A DNA stretch of 64,000 nucleotides from NCBI GenBank assembly GCA_040954595.2, contig JBECUI020000024.1:186001-250000 (forward strand). Reading direction: 5' to 3'. The translations under genes were made by a program, and so were the position numbers. The DNA is from Balanoglossus misakiensis. Taxonomy: Eukaryota > Animalia > Hemichordata. Positions within the stretch are counted from its first letter, which is position 1. Each line of letters begins with the position of its first letter. Below the pieces are notes generated by a model that saw only the letters and a list, made by a program, of their open reading frames with translations, did not search any database and was not told the DNA's origin. Shown one piece after another: positions 10,964 to 22,200 of the stretch.

Positions 10964-13767
10964 GGAAGTTTCTTGTCGCTGTTCAACCAATGTAGGACTA
11001 TTTGACTATCAGACCACAGAATTTTCTCTGTGATGCGAATTTTGCCTTGTAGGGAGTTTGAGACGAATTGCAACAGCCTTGCACCGATTGGCGTGGATTG
11101 AGCGGACTCGAGAGGGGTTTTCACGACTGCGTTTAAAATGAATGGCGAGCAAACTGCACCGAATAGAACTACTTTGAAGCGATATGTTTTGAAGTCGCTT
11201 TCCGGGTCTGTCGGATCAGACAACCACAAAAAATTCGTAAATTGACGATCGCTTTCGTCAAGTCGAACATGTAGAAAATCCTTTTCTATGTCACTCGTAA
11301 AGGCAAAGCGGTTTGCGCGAAACCGAAGTAGAATTTGTGTGAGGTCGTTGAGCAGAGGTGGGCCGGTTTGTAAGCAGTCATTCAAACTCGGTGTGTCGGT
11401 AGATTGCCTGCAACTACAATCATACACGATTCTGATTGGCGTAGTGGCTGAATCTTTTTTCATGGGGCGATGGGGCAAGTAGTGACCGGTGCGGCGCGTA
11501 TCCATGTCGCCTGGTACTTCTTCGATGAAATCTCGCGATTCCTGATCAGAAATGATTTTGTCATACGCTTTCAGAATGTCCGGTGAAAGCCTACGCACCA
11601 TAGAACGCGTGCGATTATCAGTGACCCCGTAGTTAGTGGGTAGTGGCGGGTGGTTGGACTTCCATGGCAACTTCGCGATATATGTGCCATTTTCGATGCG
11701 CAAATGTGTGTCTCTGTAATCTTCAAAGGTATTGTTATCCATAGCAGCAGATTGCGAATCGTCTTGAATACCGATTGTCTCGACTCGGAGGTTCCAATAA
11801 TTTTGGAGTTGAATCTCTTCGTCGTGCGTGTTTGAGAGAACATGAAAAATCGTCGCATCGCTATCAGACGAATTTGTCTTGTGAACGGGACCGGACAGTA
11901 TGTAACCGAATTTCGAGCGTACAGCGGTTGGGCCTGGGCCACGAATAACTCGATCTTCGACAAAATCCCAATAGTAGTCCGCGCCTATTAACACGGAAAT
12001 CTCGACCGAATCGGTGTTCGATACCGGGTAAGCAAAGTTTACTCCGCGTAGGTGAGGCAAGTCAGCAACTGATTGCTTGACAAAGTTTTTCATTCGCGTC
12101 GAAATCTGCGGAATGATGAGAACGTTTATCTCTTTCTTTTCGCCGGAAAGCGTGTGCAATGCAATGGTCGCTGCATTGATCGATCTTTGTCGCGGATATT
12201 TGTCACCGAAGGAAGTCAGTCTAATGACCTCGGTACCGGTCGGTTCTAAACCGAGTCTTGTCGCGAAATCTTTGGTCACGAATGAACGCGTCGCGCCTTC
12301 ATCGAATAACACTGTGGCGTCAATTGTCGTTTGAAATTTCGTAGAGACTGGAACGACCGCGGTTTTCAGGAGAATTGGTCCGTTTCTCGCTTTCTCGCGA
12401 CTCGAGTTCTCAGTACGGGCGAACTGAACGTGTGTAGCGGAAGGAGTGCGCGCGTCTTCCGTCGGGGTTTTCGAACTGTCCGAAGCTCGATCAGTATGAA
12501 GCGAGGTATGATGCTTTCTGTTGCATGAACGGCAACTGAATCTCGATTTGCAATCGTGTACTCGATGCCTGCCGAGGCAGTTAAAACAGAGTTTGTCGCG
12601 TTTGACGATGTCAAGACGTTTCTTCTTATCGGTAATGGTTGTGCATTCATTGGCAAAATGTTGCCCTTTGCAAAACGCACACGATTTCGGTTTATTCACC
12701 CTAGCGAAACGGGTTGCGGATCTAGTGTGAAACGCGGCGGTCATCGACGGCTTGCATTCGTCGTATGTAGAATCGCTGTCGGATTCAGCGGTGGAGAGGC
12801 CAGCTTGATGAGCGTCGATTTCTTTGAGAATTGCCTTTCGTAGGTCGCCGAGTTTCCATTCATTATTACCGTGTTCTCGTGCGATTTGTTTGCGAGTGTT
12901 ATCGGGAAGTTTTTCCAAGACTATGGGTACAAGTATATCTCCGTACGCGTCTTCGCTTTTACCGAGAGATTGGAGACCGCGAATATTACTCTCTAGAGTG
13001 TCGTAGAAGTTTCGTAGACTGCTGAGTTCGCCTTCTGGACTCGGCATGTCCCACAGCGATTTCATGTAGGCGCTTATAATCTTGTGTGTTTTGCCATAAC
13101 GTTCGGTGAGAAGTTGAAGCGCGTGTGCGTAGTTCGAACTTGTCAATGACAGACCTTCGATCGATCGAGCGGCTTCGCCTTGAAGCTGTGCGCGTAAGTA
13201 TTGGAATTTCTGGACGTCACCCAGATTCTTGTCGTCGTGGACAGCGGATTTGAACGCGTCGTGGAAACTGACCCATTTGAGAATGTCACCCGAAAAGACG
13301 GGTAGCTGAAGTTTCGGCAAACTTGTAGTTTTCCTTTGAATGGAGGGTGCCGCGGAAGTGATTTCTTCGTGGGAAGATCGGTCGGGCGATGTCGCTCGCG
13401 AATTTCTGTCGACGAATCGGCCGATCTTGAGCTTGCTATCGAAAACTTGATGCAAGTAGTCGTCGGTTTCCTCGATCACGCCTTCGAGGTCGCCTTCGTC
13501 AACGGATTCGATGATCTTCAAGTCTAGGGATGCGAGAATGTCGTATTTCGCGTTTATCACTTCGCGCGTGGTGATGAGGGAATCGAGAGCTTCGATCTTG
13601 TCATCGTTCTCTTCAAATGATGAGATGATATCCTCTGCTTTGTTGAGAAGTCTTGTCATGGATCCACGGTGACCCCTTCGTGTACCTTTCAGCCTGTTGA
13701 GCGAGTTTGCTCCTGGGACCGCCTGAGCGGGTGATGGGTGCTCCTGTTCCTCTGGTTCTGCCATCAT
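10942..13767 (-). CDS. BEL/Pao Gag-protease-partial RT polyprotein (941 aa, truncated by deletions; no catalytic YxDD, no integrase)
   Basis: Gag LPKLQLPVFSGD..W.SF (DUF1759-like); three Cys/His knuckles CAFCKGQH..C, CFNCLGRH...C, CRSCNRKHHT; protease LFDEGATRSF; RT YLPHRP, RIVYDCS, SLNDCLQTGP, VLFGAVCSPF; then RNase H-region IGARL...WSDSQIVLHWL. Confidence 0.9.
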   Translation of the reverse strand: MMAEPEEQEHPSPAQAVPGANSLNRLKGTRRGHRGSMTRLLNKAEDIISSFEENDDKIEALDSLITTREVINAKYDILASLDLKIIESVDEGDLEGVIEETDDYLHQVFDSKLKIGRFVDRNSRATSPDRSSHEEITSAAPSIQRKTTSLPKLQLPVFSGDILKWVSFHDAFKSAVHDDKNLGDVQKFQYLRAQLQGEAARSIEGLSLTSSNYAHALQLLTERYGKTHKIISAYMKSLWDMPSPEGELSSLRNFYDTLESNIRGLQSLGKSEDAYGDILVPIVLEKLPDNTRKQIAREHGNNEWKLGDLRKAILKEIDAHQAGLSTAESDSDSTYDECKPSMTAAFHTRSATRFARVNKPKSCAFCKGQHFANECTTITDKKKRLDIVKRDKLCFNCLGRHRVHDCKSRFSCRSCNRKHHTSLHTDRASDSSKTPTEDARTPSATHVQFARTENSSREKARNGPILLKTAVVPVSTKFQTTIDATVLFDEGATRSFVTKDFATRLGLEPTGTEVIRLTSFGDKYPRQRSINAATIALHTLSGEKKEINVLIIPQISTRMKNFVKQSVADLPHLRGVNFAYPVSNTDSVEISVLIGADYYWDFVEDRVIRGPGPTAVRSKFGYILSGPVHKTNSSDSDATIFHVLSNTHDEEIQLQNYWNLRVETIGIQDDSQSAAMDNNTFEDYRDTHLRIENGTYIAKLPWKSNHPPLPTNYGVTDNRTRSMVRRLSPDILKAYDKIISDQESRDFIEEVPGDMDTRRTGHYLPHRPMKKDSATTPIRIVYDCSCRQSTDTPSLNDCLQTGPPLLNDLTQILLRFRANRFAFTSDIEKDFLHVRLDESDRQFTNFLWLSDPTDPESDFKTYRFKVVLFGAVCSPFILNAVVKTPLESAQSTPIGARLLQFVSNSLQGKIRITEKILWSDSQIVLHWLNSDKKLPITARIL

Positions 13768-13777
13768 TACCGGAAAA

Positions 13778-13795
13778 TCCTGGTCTCGGCACCAA
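13778..13795 (-). promoter_or_regulatory. BEL primer-binding site
   Basis: The minus strand reads TGGTGCCGAGACCAGGAT just after the 5' LTR. This is complementary to a tRNA 3' end ...CGGCACCA (His- or Phe-like; identity not resolved). Confidence 0.8.
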
Positions 13796-13798
13796 AAA

Positions 13799-14105
13799 TG
13801 TGACGTACTTTACGTCTGGGGTGGATTTATGAACAAGGCTCTGGGGGATGGCAGGGGAAATTACAGGAGCGGGACGCAGCTGTACAACCTTTAAACAGCT
13901 TTTATTAAAGGACACTCAAGAAGTGATTTCACGAGCACAAAACGCCAGCCAAAAAAGTAGCAAATTTTGTTTTGGCGGGAAAGATGTCATTGGGTGATTA
14001 ACTAGGCCTCTGATTGGGCTAAAATACTCAGCTCTGATTGGCTCAAAGTATCCGAGCTGTGATCCTCAAAATGACTCATGGTCAGAGTTTTTAGCATCTC
14101 CGATA
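13799..14105 (-). repeat. BEL 5' LTR (307 bp)
   Basis: On the minus strand it starts TATCGG (likely a mutated TG) and ends GTCACA. Flanked by the TSD and the PBS. Confidence 0.9.
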
Positions 14106-15402
14106 GCTGAAGCCCCGGCACTTTAGAGCGGAAACACGCGTACATTGACCACGATGATCAAGTCAGATCTCCTACGGCTTGGCTCGACTAAAACCCCGGC
14201 ACACTATGACAGACACTAGCGTTCGTTAGCAACGTTGATCAAGTCGGATTTCCTTCGGCCTGGCTCTGCAAAAGACCCGACACTCTAGTACAAAGACGTT
14301 GGCTAAGTCGGGCAAACCGAAGAGGGAAAGTCACAGGGGGTCAACACTCGACATTTGTTCGGGTAGGACTGCATTATTGCCTGTCAATTTATAGAGAAAG
14401 CCCGAATTTAACCAGGGCGTTTCAAACACCGACGTTAGTTGGGGGCACGGCCTGCAGTACTGCCGGGTAAGCTGACATCGGCGTACCGCATATAATGTAG
14501 GGGGGGGGGGAACAGAACGGGTCAATACTACATTTATTAGATATCAGCTAATTTTGGACAATCATCTAAAATCTAAATCATTTTTTCATATTTGGATATC
14601 TGATGATGTATGAAATTTCCATTATATGTAAAAATGGTGCTGATTATATAAAATGCAATCTGAATGAGCTGATTTAATACAAAATTACGTTTTATTCGTT
14701 TTTGCACCTAAAAGGTCATTTTTAGGCAAAACATTCTTTATTTTTTTAATTCGGTGACCTGATCATATATAAAGAATTGCTTGTATGTTAAAAGTTTTTA
14801 TGACTTTTAAAAGCAGTGACACTGGCGGCATTCATCACGAAAATAACAATTTTAGCCACAATTTGGTCAAAATGGTAAATTTTTGAAAATTACAAAAAAA
14901 TACCTGTTTTCTACATTTTCGGAAATCTGATGGAGTATAGAATGCTCGTCGTATGTATATATCGATACAAATTCCACAAAAGACCGTCTAATTTGGCTCA
15001 CTGCAGACAAAATTGCCTTTTACCAAATTGTCCTTGAAAATGTCATTTTTAGAAAAAAAATACAAAAACCTTTGTTCTTCGAATTTGGTGCCCTGATCAT
15101 ATATGACATGTTGATTGTATGTTAAAACTTTCGACCACTCCAAAAATGCAGAGATATTGACGGAATTCAAGAAAAAATAGCCATTTTGGCCATATTTTGA
15201 CAAAAATGGTAATTTTTTAAAAGATCATAAAAAATTAACTCTTTTCTTCATTTTAGGAAATATTATGGAGCATGAAGTGTCGTTCTCTTGTAAAAAGTGC
15301 TGCAAATTCCAGAAAAGGCGGTATAATTTGAATCACCCAAGACAAAATTACCATTTTCGACTTTTTTTCGAAAAATTGTCTTTTTTACAAAATAAATAAG
15401 AA

Positions 15403-18400
15403 TTAAAGCTGCAAGCAGCATTGTCCGGGCCCAAGCTCTATTATCTGATCTGATTATTAGATATGCACATAATTAATGAGTAGAAACATAATGCTGTGTT
15501 TTATCCCATGAAATATCAAGGTTATATCTTTGTTTGGTGTTGATATAGTGTAAAGTAGGTCAAAGGTCACCCAGAGGTCACCCACAATTTGGGCAGAAAA
15601 TTTTGACCCATAGTGGTCCATGTCCAACAAAAACCAGACCTCTAGCCCTTTTGGTTAGCCCGGAATTACGTATGCACATAAATAATGAGTAAAGCAGGTG
15701 TCCCAGGTGACCCAAAACTTTTGCTTTTCATTATGGCCCCATACCTCCAAACGCCAAGGCTGTATCTGCTGTGGATGTCGAGATATGCAAAAGTAGGTCA
15801 AAGGTCATCTGAGGTCACCCAAAATTTGGGCAAAAATTTTGACCCATAGTGGTCCATGTCCAACAAAAACCAGACCTCTAGCCCTTTTGGTTAGCCCGGA
15901 ATTAGTTATGCACATAAATAATGCGTAAAGCAGGTGTCACAGGTGACCCAAAACTTTGGCTTTTCATTATGGCCCCATACCTCCAAATGCCAAGGCTGTA
16001 CCTACTTTGGATGCCGATATATGCAAAAGTAGGTCAAAGGTCACCCGAGGTCACCCAACATTTGTGCAGAAAATTTTGACCCATAGTGGTCCATGTCCAA
16101 CAAAAACCAGACCTCTAGCCATTTTGGTTAGCCCGGAATTAGGTATGCACATAAATAATGAGTAAAGCAGGTGTCACAGGTGACCCAAAACTTTGGCTTT
16201 TCATTATGGCCCCATACCTCCAAACGCCAAGGCTGTATCTGGTGTGGATGTCGAGATATGCAAAAGTAGGTCAAAGGTCACCCGAGGTCACCCAACATTT
16301 GGGCAAAATATTTTGACCCCATACTGGTCCATGTATAACAAAAACAAAACCTCTAGGTCTATTGGTTCATCTGTAATTAGGTATATGCATATTTAATGAG
16401 GTCAGCAGAGGTCAAAGGGGTCATGAAAAGTAGCAAAATTTTTTGATCACATACAAATCCACATACATCAAAAACCAAACTTATAGCCCTATTGGTTAGC
16501 CTGGAATTAGATATGCAGAAAAATGATGCGTCAAAAGTAGGTCAAAGGTCATTGCCAAAATTACCAAAATATTTATAGGTTATTCTTGTCATATGATGAT
16601 TCATATCCATAAAAAGAATTTCTGTGCTATCAATTTTTAGGCTAGAAAAGGAATTTTTACTTTTTAATCGTTTTTCACAAAATCCAATATGGCCGCCATA
16701 ATCTTCGACCAATCACATTCCCCTTCGCAAACTTGATAGACATCTGTTTAATGACCACACACACCAAATCTTGTGACTCGGTTATCGCCCGTTCTGGAGG
16801 AGAAGATTTTTGAAGTTTTACTATGGTTTTTCGAAAATCCAATATGGCCGCCATAATCTTCGACCAATCACAATGATCTTCGCAAACTTGATAGACATCA
16901 GTTAGGTGACCACATACCCCAAACGGCGTGACTCGGTTATCGCCGGTTCTGGAGAAGAAGATTTTTGAAATTTTGACCAGATTTCAGAAAAACAACTGTA
17001 GCAAAAAAACTGCAACATTGACAGCAAAATATCCAATCACAAAAATGATGGGCAGAGGGTATACTACCAGCACGCCAAATCTGAACTCGATCTGACTTGT
17101 AGTTTCTGAGATCTGAGATTTGCATTTTTTCAGAAAATCCAATATGGCCGCCAGGTCACGTGACTAATTAAGTATTCACAAGTCACTGCACATCTACTCA
17201 TTGACCTTGACCACTGTAGCAAGTTTGAGAACTGTACCTGCAGCGGTGTCTGAGATCTAGAGCGCGAAAGAAGTGAACCAAGAATAAAGAAAGAAAGAAA
17301 GAAAGAATTAAAGCTGCAAGCAGCATTGTCCGGGCCCAAGCTCTATTATCTGATCTGATTAGATATGCACATAATTAATGAGTAGAAACATAATGCTGTG
17401 TTTTATCCCATGAAATATCAAGGTTATATCTATGTTTGGTGTTGATATAGTGTTAAGTAGGTCAAAGGTCACCCAGAGGTCACCCACAATTTGGGCAGAA
17501 AATTTTGACTCATAGTGGTCCATGTCCAACAAAAACCAGACCTCTAGCCCTTTTGGTTAGCCCGGAATTAGGTATGCACATAAATAATGAGTTAAGCAGG
17601 TGTCACAGGTGACCCACAACTTTGGCTTTTAATTATGGCCCCATACCTCCCCACGCCAAGGCTGTATATGCTGTGGATGTCGAGATATGCAAAAGTAGGT
17701 CAAAGGTCACCCGAGGTCACCCAACATTTGTGCAAAATATTTTGACCTCATACTGGTCCATGTATAACAAAAACCAAACCTCTAGGTCTATTTGTTCATC
17801 ATTAATTAGGTATGTGCATATTTAATGAGGTCAGCAGAGGTCAAAGGGGTCATGAAAAGTAGCAAATTTTTTTGATCACATACAAATCCACATACATCAA
17901 AAACCAAACTTATAGCCCTATTGGTTAGCCTGGAATTAGATATGCAGAAAAATGAAGCGTCAAAAGTAGGTCAAAGGTCATTGCCAAAATTACCAAAATA
18001 TTTATAGCTAATTCTTGTCATATGATGATTCATATCCATAAAAAGAATTTCTGTGCTATCAATGTTTAGGCTAGAAAGGGAATTTTTACTTTTTAATCGA
18101 TTTTCACAAAATTCAATATGGCCGCCATAATCTTCGACCAATCACATTCCCCTTCGCAAACTTGATAGACATCTGTTTAATGACCACACACACCAAATGT
18201 TGTGACTCGGTAATCGCCCGTTCTGGAGAAGAAGATTTTTGAAGTTTTACTATGGTTTTTCGAAAATCCAATATGGCCGACATAATCTTCGACAAATCAC
18301 AATGATCTTCGCAAACTTGATAGTCATCAGTTAGGTGACCACATACCTCAAATGGCGTGACTCGGTTATCGCCGGTTCTGGAGAAGAAGATTTTTGAAAA

Positions 18401-18801
18401 TTTGACCAGATTTCAGAAAAACAACTGTAGCAAAAAAACTGCAACATTGACAGCATAATATCCAATTACAAAAATGATGGGCATAAGGTATACTAGCTGC
18501 ACACCAAATTTGAAGTCAATCTGACTTGTAGTTTCTGAGATCTGAGATTTGCATTTTTTCAGAAAATCCAATATGGCCGCCAGGTCACGTGACTAATTAA
18601 CTATTCACGAGCCACTGCACATCTACTCATTGGCCCCTATCTGCCTACCAAGTTTCAGCCTGGTTGGTGCTGCAGTTTTTGAGATTTAGGTGGCCGAAAA
18701 ATGGAACCAAGAATAAAGAAGGAAAGAAAGAAAGAAAGAAAGACTGAAAAACCCCAACGAAACCAATAGGGCCCAAGCGCTGGTATGCGCTTGGGCCCTA
18801 A
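15403..18801 (-). mobile_element. Two head-to-tail non-autonomous Helentron-type (HINE/DINE-1-like) elements (15403-17307, 17308-18801)
   Basis: Minus strand: 5' hairpin TAGGGCCCAAGCGC...GCGCTTGGGCCCTA (18767-18800), (TTTC)n, internal ~238-bp tandem repeats, 3' subTIR GCTTGGGCCC and terminal palindrome GCTGC-TT-GCAGC. Inserted without a TSD in satellite AAGAATAAATTC. Confidence 0.8.
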
Positions 18802-19239
18802 TAAATTCTTTTCTTAGTTTCAAACGGGTGGAGATACTTTCCACACGGGTTTTCTAACATTGAATTCCCGTTCATAAACTCAGATTTCATACTGCATAAG
18901 TCGGCTAAAACCCTGACACTCTAGAGCAGAAACAGTTGCACACTGGTAACGTTGAACAAGTCGATTTTTCTACGGCCTGGCTCGGCTAAATCTCCGTCAC
19001 AATATGACAGACACTAGCGTACGTTAGCAACGTTTATCATGTCAGATTTCCTACGGCATGGCTTGGCTAAAGCCCTGGCACTCTAGAGCAGAAACACGCG
19101 TACAGAGACCACGTTGATCTTCTCACATTTCCTTCGGCCTGGCACGGCTGATGCCCCGGCACTATATATAGGACACAGACTGGCGTAAGTTAACAAAGGT
19201 AATCACGTCGGGTTTCCTACGGCCTGGGTCAGCTGAAGC

Positions 19240-22200
19240 CCCGGCACTCTAGAGCAGAAACAGGCGTACATTGACCACGTTGATCAAGTCAGATTTCCTA
19301 CGGCGTGACTCGGCTGGTGCACCGGCTCTATATGACACAGACTGGCGTAAGTTATCAACGGTGATTACGCCGGATTTCCTACGGCCTGGTTTAGCTGAAG
19401 CCCTGGCGCTTTAGAGCGGAAACACGCGTACATTGACCACGATGATCAAGTCAGATCTCCTACGGCCTGGCTCGACTAAAACCCCGGCACACCATGACAG
19501 ACACTAGCGTTCGTTAGCAACGGTGATCAAGTCGGATTTCCTTCGGCCTGGCTCTGCAAAAGACCCGACACTAGTACAAAGACGTTGGCTAAGTCGGGCA
19601 AACCGAAGAGGGAAAGTCACAGCGGGTCAACACTCGACATTTGTTAGGGTAGGACTGCATTATTGCCTGTCAATTTATAGAGAAAGCCCGAATTTAACCA
19701 GGGCGTTTCAAACACCGACGTTAGTTGGGGGCACGGCCTGCAGTACTGCCGGGTAAGCTGACATCGGCGTACCGCATATAATGTAGGGGGGGGGGGGACA
19801 GAACGGTTCAATACTACATTTATTAGATATCAGCTAATTTTGGACAATCATCTAAAATCTAAATCATTTTTTCATATTTGGATATCTGATGATGTATGAA
19901 ATTTCCATTATATGTAAAAATGGTGCTGATTATAAAAAATGCACTCTGAATGAGCTGATTTAATAGAAAATAGCGTTTTATTCGTTTTTGCACCAAAAAG
20001 GTCATTTTTAGGCAAAACATTCTTTATTTTTTTAATTCGGTGCCCTGATCATATATTAACAATTGCTTGTATGTTAAAAGTTTTTATGACTTTTAAAAGC
20101 AGTGACACTGGCGGCATTCAACACGAAAATAACAATTTTAGCCACAATTTGGTCAAAATGGTAAATTTTTGAAAATTACAAAAAATACATGTTTTGTACA
20201 TTTTCGGAAATCTGATGGAGTATAGAATGCTCTTCTTATGTATATATATATACAAATTCCACAAAAGACTATCTAATTTGGCTCAAGGCAGACAAAATTG
20301 CGTTTTACCAAATTTTCCTTGAAAATGTCATTTTTAGAAAAAAAACTAAAAAAACCTTTGTTCTTCGAATTTGGTGCCCTGATCATATATGACATGTTGA
20401 TTGTATGCTAAAACTTTCGACCACTCCAAAAATGCAGAGACATTGACGGAATTCAAGAAAAATAGCCATTTTGGCCATATTTTGACAAAAATGGTAATTT
20501 TTTAAAAAATCATAAAAAATTAACTCTTTTCTTCATTTTCGGAAATATTATGGAGCATGAAGTGTCGTTCTCTTGTAAAAAGTGCTGCAAATTCCAGAAA
20601 AGGCGGTATAATTTGAATCACCCAAGACAAATTTACCATTTTCGACTTTTTTTCGAAAAATTGTCTTTTTTACAAAAAAAATAAGAATAAATTCTTTTCT
20701 TAGTTTCAAACGGGTAGAGATACTTTCCACACGGGTTTTCTAACATTGGATTCCCGTTCATCAACTCAGATTTCTTACAGCATAAGTCGGCGAAAACCCT
20801 GACACTCTAGAGCAGAAACAGTTGCACACTGGTAACGTTGAATAAGTCGATTTTTCTACGGCCTGGCACGGCTAAATCTCCGTCACAATATGACAAACAC
20901 TAGCGTACGTTAGCAACGGTGATCAAGTCAGATTTTCTACGGCATGGCTTGGATAAAGCCCCGGCACTCTAGAGCAGAAACACGCGTACAGAGACCACGT
21001 TGATCAAGTCTGATCTCCTACGGCTTGGCTCGACTAAAACCCCGGCACACTATGACAGACACTAGCGTTCGTTAGCAACGTTGATCAAGTCAGATTTCCC
21101 ACGGCATGGCTTGGCTAAAGCCCTGGCACTCTAGAGCAGAAACACGTGTACAGAGACCACGTTGATTTACTTACATTTCCTTCGGCCTGGCACGGCTGAT
21201 GCCCCGGCGCTATATATAGGACACAGACTGGCGTAAGTTAACAACGGTAATCACGTCGGGTTTCCTACGGCCTGGCTCAGCTGAAGCCCCGGCACTCTAG
21301 AGCAGAAACAGGCGTACATTGACCACGTTGATCAAGTCAGATTTCCTACGGCGTGACTCGGCTGGTGCACCGGCTCTATATGACACAGACTGGCGTAAGT
21401 TATCAACGGTGATTACGTCGGATTTCCTACGGCCTGGTTTAGCTGAAGCCCCGGCACTTTAGAGCGGAAACACGCGTACATTGACCACGATGATCAAGTC
21501 AGATCTCCTACGGCCTGGCTCGACTAAAACCCCGGCACACCATGACAGACACTAGCGTTCGTTAGCAACAGTGATCAAGTCGGATTTCCTTCGGCCTGGC
21601 TCTGCAAAAGACCCGACACTCTAATACAAAACGTTGGCTAAGTCGGGCAAACCGAAGAGGGAAAGTCACAGCGGGTCAACACTCGACATTTGTTCGGGTA
21701 GGACTGCATTATTGCCTGTCAATTTATAGAGAAAGCCCGAATTTAACCAGGGCGTTTCAAACACCGACGTTAGTAGGGGGCACGGCCTGCAGTACTGCCG
21801 GGTAAGCTGACATCGGCGTACCGCATATAATGTAGGTGGGGGGGGGGACAGAACGGTTCAATACTACATTTATTAGATATCAGCTAATTTTGGACAATCA
21901 TCTAAAATCTAAATCATTTTTTTTTCATATTTGGATATATGATGATGTATGAAATTTCCATTATATGTAAAAATGGTGCTGATTATAAAAAATGCACCCT
22001 GATTTAATACAAAATTACGTTTTATTCGTTTTTGCACCAAAAAGGTCATTTTTAGGCAAAACATTCTTTATTTTATTAATTCGATGACCTGATCATATAT
22101 AAACTATTGCTTGTATGTTAAAAGTTTTTATGACTTTTAAAAGCAGTGACACTGGCGGCATTCAACACGAAAATAACAATTTTAGTCACAATTTGGTCAA

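Larger units (their letters stand above)
10698..14105 (-). mobile_element. BEL/Pao LTR retrotransposon, internally deleted, inserted in the satellite
   Basis: Two LTR copies. 5-bp TSD GCTGA at 10693-10697 and 14106-14110; the empty site TTTAGCTGAAGCCCC occurs in other satellite units. PBS next to the 5' LTR and a BEL-type gag-pol ORF. Confidence 0.95.

Noticed and set aside
14104-14110. 7-bp TSD TAGCTGA for the BEL element
   Set aside because: A 5-bp TSD with the LTR terminus mutated from CA to TA fits BEL elements better.
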